A DNA stretch of 64,000 bases, from contig JBAZZC010000002.1 of assembly GCA_041658985.1 (NCBI GenBank), positions 17,120 to 81,119 of the forward strand, given 5' to 3'. The notes beneath the pieces were generated by a model that searched no databases, was not told the origin of the DNA, and worked only from the letters and a program-made list of their open reading frames with translations. Of the stretch, positions 63,563 through 64,000 are shown piece by piece. Numbering within the stretch: position 1 is the stretch's first letter; the number at the start of each line of letters is the position of its first letter. Source of the stretch: Minisyncoccota bacterium. GTDB taxonomy: Bacteria; Patescibacteriota; Minisyncoccia; Phycocordibacterales; DATDWN01. The position numbers were made by a program, and so were the translations under genes.

Positions 63563-64000
63563 TCACACAACAATCCCCTGGTCATCTGCGAGCATCCGAA
63601 ACGTTTTCGAGATGCCATAGAGCTCTTCGAACGACGAGGCTACAGCTTCTACTTGTGAGTCGCTGTTTGTCAGTTCATCGCTGGATTTGAGAACGACAAA
63701 CTTGTCGCAGAGGTGCCTTACAGTTGAAAGTCTGTGGGCAATGACCACTGCTGTGACATCACCCGACAGAAGTTTCTGTAGCCCAGCCTGAACCAGTTTT
63801 TCTGTGGTTGAGTCTAAGCTTGAAGTGGCTTCATCGATGAGCATCATTCGAGGGCGCTTGATGGCGGCCGCTCCAATAATGAGCCTTTGGGCTTGCCCAC
63901 CCGAGAGCTTGATCCCGTTTGTACCGACTTCGGTGTAAATGCCTTTTGTCAGACGTTTTCCGAAGTCAATCTGGAGGTCGCGCATGAGGCTCCAGACTTC
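63563..64000 (-). CDS. ABC transporter ATP-binding domain (exporter type); only the C-terminal part lies in the window; about 52% GC.
   Basis: LSGGQAQRLIIGAAAIKRPRMMLIDEATSSLDSTTE has the ABC signature and Walker B motifs. Confidence 0.75.
   Translation of the reverse strand, partial: EVWSLMRDLQIDFGKRLTKGIYTEVGTNGIKLSGGQAQRLIIGAAAIKRPRMMLIDEATSSLDSTTEKLVQAGLQKLLSGDVTAVVIAHRLSTVRHLCDKFVVLKSSDELTNSDSQVEAVASSFEELYGISKTFRMLADDQGIVV

Overview
This reads as a low-GC (about 33%) bacterial segment dominated by housekeeping genes, with the gene content and small proteins typical of a CPR/Patescibacteria-like genome. Housekeeping content: five aminoacyl-tRNA synthetases (leuS, a short alaS, gltX, an archaeal-type aspS, trpS); a ribosomal/RNA-polymerase cluster (infA-rpmJ-rpsM-rpsK-rpsD-rpoA-rplQ, then rplM-rpsI); a split dnaK operon (grpE, dnaK, dnaJ); cell-wall genes (mraY, ftsW, murG, an M23 peptidase, a DacA-like carboxypeptidase, two MltG/YceG paralogs); scpAB, asnB, a cfa-like methyltransferase, ychF, mnmA, pepF, a family-4 UDG, a SemiSWEET, and a tlyA-like methyltransferase. 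The window opens inside a large serine recombinase gene. That gene's 3' end overlaps a minus-strand tRNA-Ala(TGC); a GIY-YIG nuclease gene and an 18-nt duplicate of the tRNA 5' end follow. Beyond ordinary genes, the sequence shows a lot of repeated, probably functional non-coding architecture: (i) five copies of a ~135-nt palindromic element (family A) that always ends 9-16 nt before a + strand start codon; (ii) two copies of a leader (family B) carrying a conserved uORF (MNPVRSLCI) whose codons base-pair with the downstream gene's start codon (rpmJ and the gene at 28818); (iii) two copies of a composite inter-gene module (family C) at UDG->pepF and ftsW->murG; (iv) three copies, plus a degenerate fourth, of an ~85-nt conserved stem-loop element downstream of + strand genes, with covarying outer stems; (v) three loci of tandemly duplicated GC-rich (50-60%) mini-gene cassettes, each with its own strong SD and near-identical intrinsic terminators (3.4-4.1 kb, 35.6-36.5 kb, 39.8-40.8 kb), two of them bordered by perfect palindromes with an ATAT centre. 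A four-member secreted surface-protein family (GNVGIGTTTP repeats) has near-identical 5' and 3' ends. No rRNA, CRISPR array, RNase P, tmRNA or SRP RNA was recognised.
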